Assembly: GCA_938075565.1 (NCBI GenBank)
Contig: CALJGU010000153.1
Coordinates: forward strand, 1,890 to 65,889
Direction: 5' to 3'
DNA length: 64,000 bases
From: an uncultured Opitutales bacterium
GTDB lineage: Bacteria; Verrucomicrobiota; Verrucomicrobiia; Opitutales; UBA2995
This document shows positions 7,805 through 16,476 of the stretch, one piece after another (positions within the stretch are counted from its first letter, which is position 1; the number at the start of each line of letters is the position of its first letter). A model generated the notes under the pieces. The model saw only the letters and a program-made list of their open reading frames with translations. It did no database searches and had not been told where the DNA came from. A program made the translations under genes and the position numbers.

Positions 7805-10401
7805 CCGAATCCTCAAATGGCCCAGGTTGGAAGTGGGTGACCTTGATGGCTTGGCGTGACAGCCGGCGCAGTCGAGTGAAAATGGTTCTCTTTGTCCTAT
7901 CCATTGTGTTTGGGTTGGCGGCCTTGGTCGCTATTCGTGGATTCCGGACGAATGTAGAAGATGCGATCCAGAGCCAGTCGAAGGAGCTGCTAGGAGCGGA
8001 TGTGGAGTTCAACTCAAGGAGTCCATACTCAGCGGAAATTGAAAGTTACATCGACGGACTGGGTGGTGAACGGACCGATGAGATACGTCTGGCCACGATG
8101 GGGCTCTTCGAATCTAACGGTGGTTCGCGGTTGGTTTCCATGCGGGCATTTGAGGATAGCTTTCCTTATTATGGTGTTCCCGAAACGAGGCCCGAAGTAT
8201 CGATGGAGCAATTTCACGCTGAGCGCTATGTGCTGCTGGAGGAAAGCCTTTATCATCAATTTGAAGTGTCGGTCGGTGATCAAGTTAAGCTAGGCCAAAT
8301 CTATTTCGAGGTGTTGGGAATCATGGATCGGATTCCTGGTGAATCCAAACTAACCGGCTGGGTAGCACCTCGGGTTTACATTTCGAAAAACCATTTAGAG
8401 AGTACGGGGCTGATGCAGTTCGGCAGTCGGGTATCTTATCGCTCTTACCTCAAGTTGGAAAACAGTGATACCATCGATGAACAACTGGAAAACGAGCGCC
8501 GATTCTTTCGTGAAAATCGGGTCGGGGTCGATACGGTGGAAGAAGAGCAGCGGGAATTAATCAATTCTTTTCAGCAGGTTACCGACCTGCTCAACTTGAT
8601 TGGATTTATGGCGCTGATTCTGGGTGGTGTCGGAGTAACCAGCGCCGTTCATGTCTACCTGAGTGGGAAGATGGATACCATTGCCATCCTTCGTTGCCTG
8701 GGGACGAAGTCCTCGCTTGGGATATCCATTTTTCTGGTACAGGTCTCTGGATTGGGGCTGATCGCTTCCTTTGTCGGATCGCTATTCGGCACTGCCATTC
8801 AATTTTTCATTCCAGTCTTTGTTGCTGATTACCTGCCGTTTGAACTAGAGGCTCGGTTCTCAATTCTCGATTTCGGGATCGGCCTGTTTTTTGGTTGGCT
8901 GGTCTGCTTCCTGTTTACCCTCCTGCCTCTGGTTCCTCTGAGAAAAATATCACCATTGCGAGTCCTTCGCACCGGAGTGGAAAATCCTGGTGCGATGAAA
9001 AAGGACCCTTGGGTTTACCTCATCGTTGCGACCTTGGCTGTCGCGCTATTTGGATTTGGCTTCGCGCAAACGGATAACCTTAACGTTAATCTCGGGTTCT
9101 CCGGAGGGCTGCTCGTGGTATTGGGTCTGCTGAGTTTGATTGCCTGGCTGTTTCTCAAAGGGATCAAGAAACTCGTGCCCAAAGGCCTTCCATTTGCTTG
9201 GCGCTATGGTATCGCCAATCTTTACCGACCCAACAATCGCTCGGTTCTCATGCTCGTGGCACTGGGCCTTGGGTTCATAATCGTTCTTTCCCTGTTTCTA
9301 ACCAAGGAAGCGATTCTCAAGCAGATCATTGTCGATCGTGGTGGCAATAGTTCCAACATGATCCTTTTCGATATTCAGCCGCATCAGCTAGCCTATGTTG
9401 AAGCGGTACTTGAGGACAATAGCCTGCCAATTGTCGAAGCGGCTCCGTTGATAAACATGCGGATTTCTGAACTCAACAGCAGACCCGTTCGCGAATTTAT
9501 GCGACGAGGATCTGAACGAGAGGGCGGGGGACGCGACCGAGACCAGCGTGATGAAGATGAAGGGCCTGAAGGCTGGGCCCTACGAAGAGAGTATCGCTCA
9601 ACCTATCGAGATCACCTTACCGAGACCGAGACTTTGATCGAGGGAACGTTCGTTGGGGAAGCCTCCATCGAAGATGAACCTATTCCAGTATCCATTGAAG
9701 AAGGCCTTACCGAAGACCTGGATGTGAGCCTGGGGGATCGCTTGGTATTCGACATCCAGGGCCTGGCTTTGGAAGTCGAGATAGCGAGTATTCGCAAAGT
9801 CGATTGGAACCAGGTGAGGGCGAACTTCTTTTTCGTTTTTCCAAAAGGCGTGTTGGACGATGCGCCTGGTATTTTTATGGTGGCCACACGAACGCCGGAT
9901 GCTGAGACAACCGGAAAAGTCCAAGCAGAACTCATGGAGGTTCATCCGAATGTTTCTTCCATCGATTTGAGGTCCATCCTTTCAACGATTGATGACATAC
10001 TGGGAAAGATTACCTGGGTCGTCCAATTCATGGCCTTGTTTACCATCTTGGCCGGACTGATGGTCATGGCCGGAACCATCATTACCAGTCGTTACCAACG
10101 GATACGTGAAAGTGTCCTACTCCGAACCTTGGGTGCCGGGTCCAAAACGATTAAGGGTATCCTCTTTATCGAATTCGCCGCCGTTGGATTTCTTGCATCC
10201 TTGGTGGGAGGATTTGTTTCTATTGCTGCGACCTGGTCTTTGATGAGGTTCCTCTTCAAGCTTCCATTGGTCGTTGCTTGGGATGCTGTGGGAATTGGAA
10301 TGGTGACCATGATGGTTCTAACCACTGTGACCGGTTTGTTGAATAGCCGCGGGATTACGAAGCAACCGCCGCTGGAAATATTGAGGGATGAGTCAACCTA
10401 G
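7801..10401 (+). CDS. ybbP: ABC transporter permease, YbbP/FtsX-MacB family
   Basis: LMAWRDSRRS, two FtsX-like repeats, LRCLG and LRTLGA motifs, NMILFDIQP; overlaps the ATPase stop codon. Confidence 0.88.
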   Translation: MTESSNGPGWKWVTLMAWRDSRRSRVKMVLFVLSIVFGLAALVAIRGFRTNVEDAIQSQSKELLGADVEFNSRSPYSAEIESYIDGLGGERTDEIRLATMGLFESNGGSRLVSMRAFEDSFPYYGVPETRPEVSMEQFHAERYVLLEESLYHQFEVSVGDQVKLGQIYFEVLGIMDRIPGESKLTGWVAPRVYISKNHLESTGLMQFGSRVSYRSYLKLENSDTIDEQLENERRFFRENRVGVDTVEEEQRELINSFQQVTDLLNLIGFMALILGGVGVTSAVHVYLSGKMDTIAILRCLGTKSSLGISIFLVQVSGLGLIASFVGSLFGTAIQFFIPVFVADYLPFELEARFSILDFGIGLFFGWLVCFLFTLLPLVPLRKISPLRVLRTGVENPGAMKKDPWVYLIVATLAVALFGFGFAQTDNLNVNLGFSGGLLVVLGLLSLIAWLFLKGIKKLVPKGLPFAWRYGIANLYRPNNRSVLMLVALGLGFIIVLSLFLTKEAILKQIIVDRGGNSSNMILFDIQPHQLAYVEAVLEDNSLPIVEAAPLINMRISELNSRPVREFMRRGSEREGGGRDRDQRDEDEGPEGWALRREYRSTYRDHLTETETLIEGTFVGEASIEDEPIPVSIEEGLTEDLDVSLGDRLVFDIQGLALEVEIASIRKVDWNQVRANFFFVFPKGVLDDAPGIFMVATRTPDAETTGKVQAELMEVHPNVSSIDLRSILSTIDDILGKITWVVQFMALFTILAGLMVMAGTIITSRYQRIRESVLLRTLGAGSKTIKGILFIEFAAVGFLASLVGGFVSIAATWSLMRFLFKLPLVVAWDAVGIGMVTMMVLTTVTGLLNSRGITKQPPLEILRDEST

Positions 10402-10789
10402 ACAATATCTGAACGGATGGTTGTGAAGGTTAGGTTAATATTCATGCGTTTAAGAAAGTCTTAGTGGTCGATATCTCAATGGACGTTGTTCACAACCACC
10501 CTTGGGCCGATGTGCCGACTGTTCCTCCTGCATTGCTCGGTCACGCACCGACGTGCGCTCCCTCGTTCCATAGTCGTCAAGACCGACACCTCGACTCCTT
10601 CAGGCATTGTCTAGTACTAGTGGATGTCGCTATCATTCTTCCAGAGAATCGTCCTCTTCCTCCTACTCGTCGTCGTTCTTACAACGGTCTGCTCGGCGAT
10701 CAGACCCTACTTCAATACCTTCTAGCGCGTGTTGACATCGCGGAACTAATATCCTGACACCTGACCACCGACACCTCTTACCCTTCCAA

Positions 10790-11716
10790 CTATTCCTCCA
10801 ACGAAACTTTCACATTAAAGCTTTCCGTTTCACCCGGCTCTACCCAATGGAGTCCCTTCTTATGTTCTGGGCTGTTGGGTGGACCCATCCAGGGTTCCAC
10901 ACAATAGAAGGGGCTATCGTCGAACTCGGTCCACGTAACCACAGTGGCTCCTGGAAGCGGACGAACGGCATCGGAGACGATGACAGTGACATCTTCCTCT
11001 CCGTTTTTCAGTCCAAACTTCACCTTATTATTTTTAAGGCGGAAATGAATGCGGTCCACGAGTTCTGGATCGTCCATGGAAACCTCACCCCCTTTGAAGT
11101 CGGCAGAAACGAGCGAACCATCCGCTGCATGATAGACTGATTTGCAACCGGGTATGAGGGTTCGGTAGTGCCTGCGGTCATACCCTTCCTGCCAGGGTAG
11201 GGTGAAGTAAAAGTGGTGGCCGGCACTCCAGGGGATTTTCTCGCTTCCTAGATTGCTTAAGAGAAACTCAACCTCCAACGAGAGCATAGAAAACTGGTAC
11301 CTTACTAAGAACTCATAGTCGAACGGGTATGCTTGGGCGTCTTCTTCCTTAGGCACAAGCTTCAGAGTGATGGATGAGTCGTCCTGCGCTTGGATTTCGA
11401 AGTGACCATCTTTGGCAAACCCATGCTTTGGCATGGGAAGTATCTCTCCACTGGGAGATTTCCAGTTTTCGATTTTACCTTTATGAAAGGTGCGGGCTGA
11501 AAAGGGGAATAGAATAGGATTCCCTCCTCGAGTAGATGCCAGATTTTGAAAATCGTCTTCTTCCGGCCAATGAATGACTGACCTGGTTTGATTTCCAGAT
11601 AGTTTAAGGGCCCAATCCATTAACCGGGCTCCACGATGGGGTAACATGCGAAATGTGGAGGGTCCCAAATTCCATTTGAATATTTCCTGATCTTGGAGGT
11701 TTTCTCTACTTAACAT
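10790..11716 (-). CDS. Aldose 1-epimerase/galactose mutarotase-like protein
   Basis: RGGNPILFPF, PKHGFA, AGHHFYF, FYCVEPW. Confidence 0.88.
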   Translation of the reverse strand: MLSRENLQDQEIFKWNLGPSTFRMLPHRGARLMDWALKLSGNQTRSVIHWPEEDDFQNLASTRGGNPILFPFSARTFHKGKIENWKSPSGEILPMPKHGFAKDGHFEIQAQDDSSITLKLVPKEEDAQAYPFDYEFLVRYQFSMLSLEVEFLLSNLGSEKIPWSAGHHFYFTLPWQEGYDRRHYRTLIPGCKSVYHAADGSLVSADFKGGEVSMDDPELVDRIHFRLKNNKVKFGLKNGEEDVTVIVSDAVRPLPGATVVTWTEFDDSPFYCVEPWMGPPNSPEHKKGLHWVEPGETESFNVKVSLEE

Positions 11717-11812
11717 GATTCAAAACTTAGCACGGTTTATAAAACTGCCAGCTCTTTCGATTAATCGTCGAAGCTTACTTGCATTTGCCGTCTTCCCTTC
11801 CATTATTACTTT

Positions 11813-13384
11813 TTGGTTATGAGCCGATTCATTTACCTCATCATTTTTTGCCTCACTTCTGCAATGCTTTCCACGTCAGCATTTGCCCAAGAAGAGGATT
11901 CCAAGGATTCCGATTCTGAGTCGGAATCAGAATACAAGGAATTCTCCGGAATTGATATGTCCGAGCTATCCAAAGAGGAATTGATTCCTGCATTGGATGG
12001 CATTGAGTTACCCGAAGAGGGGCCACTCAAAGTGGCGGTCATTCCGGTCAAAACCGATATTGGCAATCCAGTCCTTTATATATTGCGACGATCTATTAAG
12101 GATGCCATGACTGCTGAAGCAGACGTTGTGGTGCTCGATATGGATACCCCGGGTGGTCGTTTGGATATTACCCTGGAGATCATGGAAGTGCTCAACGAGT
12201 TTCCGGGCATCACGGTCACCTATATCAATGATGAGGCGATCTCCGCCGGAGCCATTATCTCTTCGATCACCGATTATATCTATTTCGCCCCACTTGGTAT
12301 CATGGGCGCCGCTGCCGCCGTATCTTCTTCCGGTCAGGAAATTCCGGATACTATGCAGGCCAAAATCAAGAGCTACCTGGATGCACGCATTGAGTCTTAC
12401 GCTCAGAATAAAAAGTTAAGGAACAACGTCATCAAAGCGATGATGGATAAAGAATTTGAATTCGTAGAAGATAATGTGCTGATCAGCCCGAAAGGGGAGC
12501 TCTTGGGATTAACTGCTTCCAAAGCCGTCGTGAAGTTTGGAGACCCACCTCAGCCATTGGTTGCAGATGGAATTGCTGAGTCCGTCGAAGAAATTTTCCA
12601 ATATGGATTCGGTACCGAAGAAGTAGTCATCACTATGTATGAGGCTTCCTGGTCAGAAGAGTTTGCTTCTATCATCGATTTTCTAACACCCGTACTCTAC
12701 GGACTGGGCATCGTTATGCTGGTAGTGGAATTAAAGACGCCAGCCTTTGGTCTGTTGGGTCTATTGGGCATTGGATTGATAGTTATCGCCGTGTTTGGGC
12801 ACTCCGTGGCCGGACTCGCTGGCTTCGAAGCCATTCTTTTGTTGGTAGGAGGTGTCGTCCTGCTTGCTATAGAAGTCTTTGTACTGCCGGGTACCTTCAT
12901 CTTTGGAATCATAGGAGTACTGTGTATTCTCGGAGCCATGGTTTGGTCCATGGCCGATGTGTGGCCGGTTGTTCCTCAACCCGGAGAAAGCCCCGTCGAT
13001 TGGAAGCTAAATACAGATTCATTATCCAGCGGGGTAGCTAATGTAGCTATCGGGATGCTCATAGCGGTTGCTGGAGTCTGGGCCGTTTGGCGCTTCCTTC
13101 CAAAATCGCCTTTTTATAAAAGTTTAGTTCACCAGGGCCAATCCGGAGATCCCAGCACCGTTGTTTCCGGTGGAGGTCGTAATGTTGAAGAAAAGTCATT
13201 GCCGGAGATCGGTTCTGAAGGAGTTGTTGTAACAGATCTTCATCCACTCGGCATGGTCGAAGTTGGTGGAAATCGCTACGAAGCGACCACCTCGGTTGGA
13301 GATTTAGTCAAAGGGGAGAAAATCATCGTTGTGGGGTATAAGAGCTATTCACTGCTTGTAGACAAGAAAGGCCAAGCAAGATGA
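11813..13384 (+). CDS. nfeD: Long-form NfeD membrane protein (ClpP-like serine protease domain + TM + OB-fold)
   Basis: Signal peptide, LDMDTPGG, AISAGAII, VELKTPAFG, IEVFVLPG, C-terminal G.VVTDLHPLG.VEVGG. Confidence 0.88.
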   Translation: MVMSRFIYLIIFCLTSAMLSTSAFAQEEDSKDSDSESESEYKEFSGIDMSELSKEELIPALDGIELPEEGPLKVAVIPVKTDIGNPVLYILRRSIKDAMTAEADVVVLDMDTPGGRLDITLEIMEVLNEFPGITVTYINDEAISAGAIISSITDYIYFAPLGIMGAAAAVSSSGQEIPDTMQAKIKSYLDARIESYAQNKKLRNNVIKAMMDKEFEFVEDNVLISPKGELLGLTASKAVVKFGDPPQPLVADGIAESVEEIFQYGFGTEEVVITMYEASWSEEFASIIDFLTPVLYGLGIVMLVVELKTPAFGLLGLLGIGLIVIAVFGHSVAGLAGFEAILLLVGGVVLLAIEVFVLPGTFIFGIIGVLCILGAMVWSMADVWPVVPQPGESPVDWKLNTDSLSSGVANVAIGMLIAVAGVWAVWRFLPKSPFYKSLVHQGQSGDPSTVVSGGGRNVEEKSLPEIGSEGVVVTDLHPLGMVEVGGNRYEATTSVGDLVKGEKIIVVGYKSYSLLVDKKGQAR

Positions 13385-13845
13385 CCACGCTTATTGTAAT
13401 CTTAATCATTGCCTCCTTCATTTTCTTCTTTTTGGAGGTCTTCGCACCTGGAGGTGTATTAGGTCTTTTTGGCGCCTGTGCTCTTATTGCGGCTTCCGTT
13501 TTGGCCTACGATACGATGGGCTTCCTTGGATCTATTTCGATTCTCGTAGGGGGAACTTTGGCAGCCATTGCGCTATTTTTTATACAGATCAAGTTGCTCG
13601 CGAAGTCCAGATTCGGAAGGACCATCCAGCACAAGGACCAACAACAAGCACAGACATCTCCTGTTGGGCGAGATGATCTCATTGGCAAAACCGGAACCGC
13701 ATTGACCACAATGGCGCCATCGGGAAGAGTAAAGATTGCCAACGAAACATTTGAAGCCGCTTCGAATAGTGGTTTAATTGGAAAAAATGCCACGGTAGAA
13801 GTGGCAAGGTCGGAACACTTAAAATTAATCGTTAGAGAAATATGA
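13381..13845 (+). CDS. Short-form NfeD family protein (TM + C-terminal OB-fold)
   Basis: [32 protein letters not shown]...EAAS. Confidence 0.85.
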   Translation: MTTLIVILIIASFIFFFLEVFAPGGVLGLFGACALIAASVLAYDTMGFLGSISILVGGTLAAIALFFIQIKLLAKSRFGRTIQHKDQQQAQTSPVGRDDLIGKTGTALTTMAPSGRVKIANETFEAASNSGLIGKNATVEVARSEHLKLIVREI

Positions 13846-14879
13846 TACCAGTAATTGGAGCCACCACGACAGTACTATCGATCGTCGCGATCATCGTAGT
13901 ACTTGGAATCTTTTTCATCATCTTTTCGTTTTTCAGCGTATGGATGAAGGCGTACTCTTCTGGAGCGCCTGTAAGCATGATGAATCTCATCACAATGCGC
14001 TTTTTCAGAAAGCTGCCGTACAGCCTGATTGTAGAAGCGCGCATTACCGCTGTTAAAGCGGGGATCGATCTTTCAATAGAAAGCATTGAGACGCACTACA
14101 TGGCCGGTGGTGATATTATGCAAACCACCTTGGCTTTGATTAATGCTCAAAAAGCCGGTCTACCTCTCGATTGGGACCAGGCAACTGTGATCGATCTTGC
14201 AACCAAAGGAACAGAGAAGTCTGTTGTCGCCGCGGTTAGAACTTCGATCAATCCGATTGTTATTGATTGCCCGGCTCCAAGCTCAGGTAAAGTCACGATT
14301 GATGGTGTTGCTAAGGATGGTATCCAAGTAAAGGCCCGCGCCCGAGTAACTGTACGAAGTAACTTGGAACGTTACGTAGGCAGTGCCCAGGAAGAAACCA
14401 TCATCGCTCGTGTCGGGGAAGGAATCGTAACCACGATTGGTTCTGCTGAATCTTACAAATACGTATTGGAAAACCCCGATACCATTTCAAAAAATGTGCT
14501 CAATCGCGGTCTAGATGTAGGCACGGCTTTTGAAATTATTTCTATCGATATCGCCGATATCGACATTGGTGAAAATATTGGTGCTCACCTGCAAGAAGCG
14601 CAGGCTGAAGCGAATAAGAAAATTGCCCAAGCGCAGGCTGAAATCCGCCGTGCTGCTGCGGTAGCGCAGGAGCAAGAGATGAAAGCCAAGGTTGAGGAGA
14701 TGAATGCGAAATTAGTAGAGGCGCAGTCACAAGTGCCTATGGCTATCGCCGAAGCGTTCCGCGCAGGCAATCTTGGTATCATGGACTACTACCGCCTTGA
14801 GAACATTCAGTCTGATACTTCCATGAGAAAGTCGATTTCGGATACTGATAGCGATTCATCTGGACCTCCAACTACTTAA
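13842..14879 (+). CDS. floA: Flotillin-like protein FloA (YqfA, UPF0365)
   Basis: [81 protein letters not shown]. Confidence 0.95.
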   Translation: MIPVIGATTTVLSIVAIIVVLGIFFIIFSFFSVWMKAYSSGAPVSMMNLITMRFFRKLPYSLIVEARITAVKAGIDLSIESIETHYMAGGDIMQTTLALINAQKAGLPLDWDQATVIDLATKGTEKSVVAAVRTSINPIVIDCPAPSSGKVTIDGVAKDGIQVKARARVTVRSNLERYVGSAQEETIIARVGEGIVTTIGSAESYKYVLENPDTISKNVLNRGLDVGTAFEIISIDIADIDIGENIGAHLQEAQAEANKKIAQAQAEIRRAAAVAQEQEMKAKVEEMNAKLVEAQSQVPMAIAEAFRAGNLGIMDYYRLENIQSDTSMRKSISDTDSDSSGPPTT

Positions 14880-14894
14880 TCAATAGATCTTCCA

Positions 14895-15485
14895 ATGGAA
14901 TGGATTCTTAACAACCTGGAGAATGTAATCATTCCCATCATCATCATGATTCTGTATGGCCTGGGTAGCGCCAAACAGAAGAAGGATGGGAAGAATGCTC
15001 CTGCGGAACAGCCTTCCGAGGCAGATCCTAATGAAGCAAGACGCGTTCGTGAGATACAGGAAGAAATTCGTCGCAAGATTGCCGAGCGAACCGGTCGGGC
15101 GCCTCCTCCGGCTCCGGCTCGCGTACCCCAAGCCAGCAAGCCTGCGCCTCAAACTCAACAGTTTCCAACGCCTTCTCGCACTCCCACGCCTCAGCCCGTA
15201 TCTGTTCCGGTTCCGGTTCAACCCACGCGCTCTTACCAGGATGAACTTCAGGAAAAATTGCGTAAGCTCAAAGAGCTAGAATCGCAGACAGTCACCAAGG
15301 TCGAGGCCACATCCGCTTACTCACAAGTCAAGCCGAGCCTAAAGGTCGCACGTGGTGAGCTTCGGTCTCAACTGTATGCGGATCTTGCTCACCCAGTAGG
15401 ACAGAAGAAAGCGATACTTGTGGGTGAAATTCTCGGACCTCCAATAGGAATAAAAGGACCAGCAGGTTGGAAAGCTAACGTGTAG
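14895..15485 (+). CDS. Hypothetical membrane-anchored Pro-rich protein (YqfB-like position)
   Basis: N-terminal hydrophobic anchor, coiled and Pro-rich middle, ends AILVGEILGPP, the kind of tail seen in genes that follow floA. Confidence 0.65.
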   Translation: MEWILNNLENVIIPIIIMILYGLGSAKQKKDGKNAPAEQPSEADPNEARRVREIQEEIRRKIAERTGRAPPPAPARVPQASKPAPQTQQFPTPSRTPTPQPVSVPVPVQPTRSYQDELQEKLRKLKELESQTVTKVEATSAYSQVKPSLKVARGELRSQLYADLAHPVGQKKAILVGEILGPPIGIKGPAGWKANV

Positions 15486-15491
15486 CAGAAA

Positions 15492-16328
15492 TCAGGGTAT
15501 GGTGATCCGACCAAGACCGTCAGTCCCAGGACTGTAGGTTTGTCCACCTTTGGTGTAGCTCAAGTTGCGACCTTCGCTGAATGCGATTGTCACGGGACCA
15601 TTCTTGCGAATTTCAATCTCCTCACCTGCTGCCATGGGATCACTGAAGAGGCGATTGTTACTTCCCTTCTCGATAACCAAGACATTCACATCACCTGAAG
15701 CGATCAGTTTAATGACCTCTTCAGCCGACTCCAAAATTTGAGCACCTGATGAGTTAATTACCGGTGCTTCTACCAATTCGGGATTAATTTCGGGGCTTTC
15801 CTTATTAATGACGTTCCACACCACGTAGACCAAAAGTATAAATACCGCGAATACCGCGGCTACGGCAAACCCCAGTTTCCAATAGAGTGAATAATCAATC
15901 TCTGGCTCTGCATCATTGCTGACCAAGCCTGAAGCTCCTGTATTCGGTCCGCCCTGTGAGAACGAACCAAGAGGAGCCAGGTTATCGGATTGTTGGGCTT
16001 CCATTGAAGCAGGCTCCTCTTTTTCGGGAGCTGGATCTGGCATATCCAAGCGGCCTAGCAATTCACCGCGATCTCGCTTCGAGATCTTGCTTCTGCCGAG
16101 CTTAAAAGAGTTGTAGTCGGTTACGATCTTAGCCGGGTCGATGTGCAAAAATTTGGAGTAGTTACACAAAAAACCGTGGACGTAGATGTCCGGAATACCG
16201 ATGTCGAATTTGTCTTTTTCGAAGCAATCAAGGAAGTCACCGCGAATTTTTGTAGCATCAGCTGCCTCGCGTATGGAAATGCCCTTTTTTTTCCGGGCTT
16301 CTTCTAATCTTTCCCCAATGGATTGCAT
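15492..16328 (-). CDS. rodZ: Cytoskeleton protein RodZ-like (HTH + TM + DUF4115-like)
   Basis: IGERLEEARKKKGISIREAADATKIR...YVHGFLCNYSKFL, central TM segment; adjacent to ftsK. Confidence 0.85.
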   Translation of the reverse strand: MQSIGERLEEARKKKGISIREAADATKIRGDFLDCFEKDKFDIGIPDIYVHGFLCNYSKFLHIDPAKIVTDYNSFKLGRSKISKRDRGELLGRLDMPDPAPEKEEPASMEAQQSDNLAPLGSFSQGGPNTGASGLVSNDAEPEIDYSLYWKLGFAVAAVFAVFILLVYVVWNVINKESPEINPELVEAPVINSSGAQILESAEEVIKLIASGDVNVLVIEKGSNNRLFSDPMAAGEEIEIRKNGPVTIAFSEGRNLSYTKGGQTYSPGTDGLGRITIP

Positions 16329-16476
16329 AGTTGTTTGATTTAGGGAGACCGTCCGGAAAAAGCAAAGAAAATGATTATCACTGTCTTCAAACGATGAAAA
16401 TAGTTTGGCTTTACTTGAATCAGGTCAGGATGTACCCGCAGTAAATTCCTTCTCTCAATATGTAAAGAGCCAGGTT

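Noticed and set aside
9499-9570. Charged low-complexity stretch in YbbP (RRGSEREGGGRDRDQRDEDEG)
   Set aside because: In frame, short and non-repetitive; most likely a variable periplasmic loop.
10402-10789. RNase P RNA, tmRNA or 6S RNA
   Set aside because: No GAGGAAAGUCC or P4 motifs, no tRNA-like ends or tag frame, and no convincing long 6S-type hairpin on either strand.
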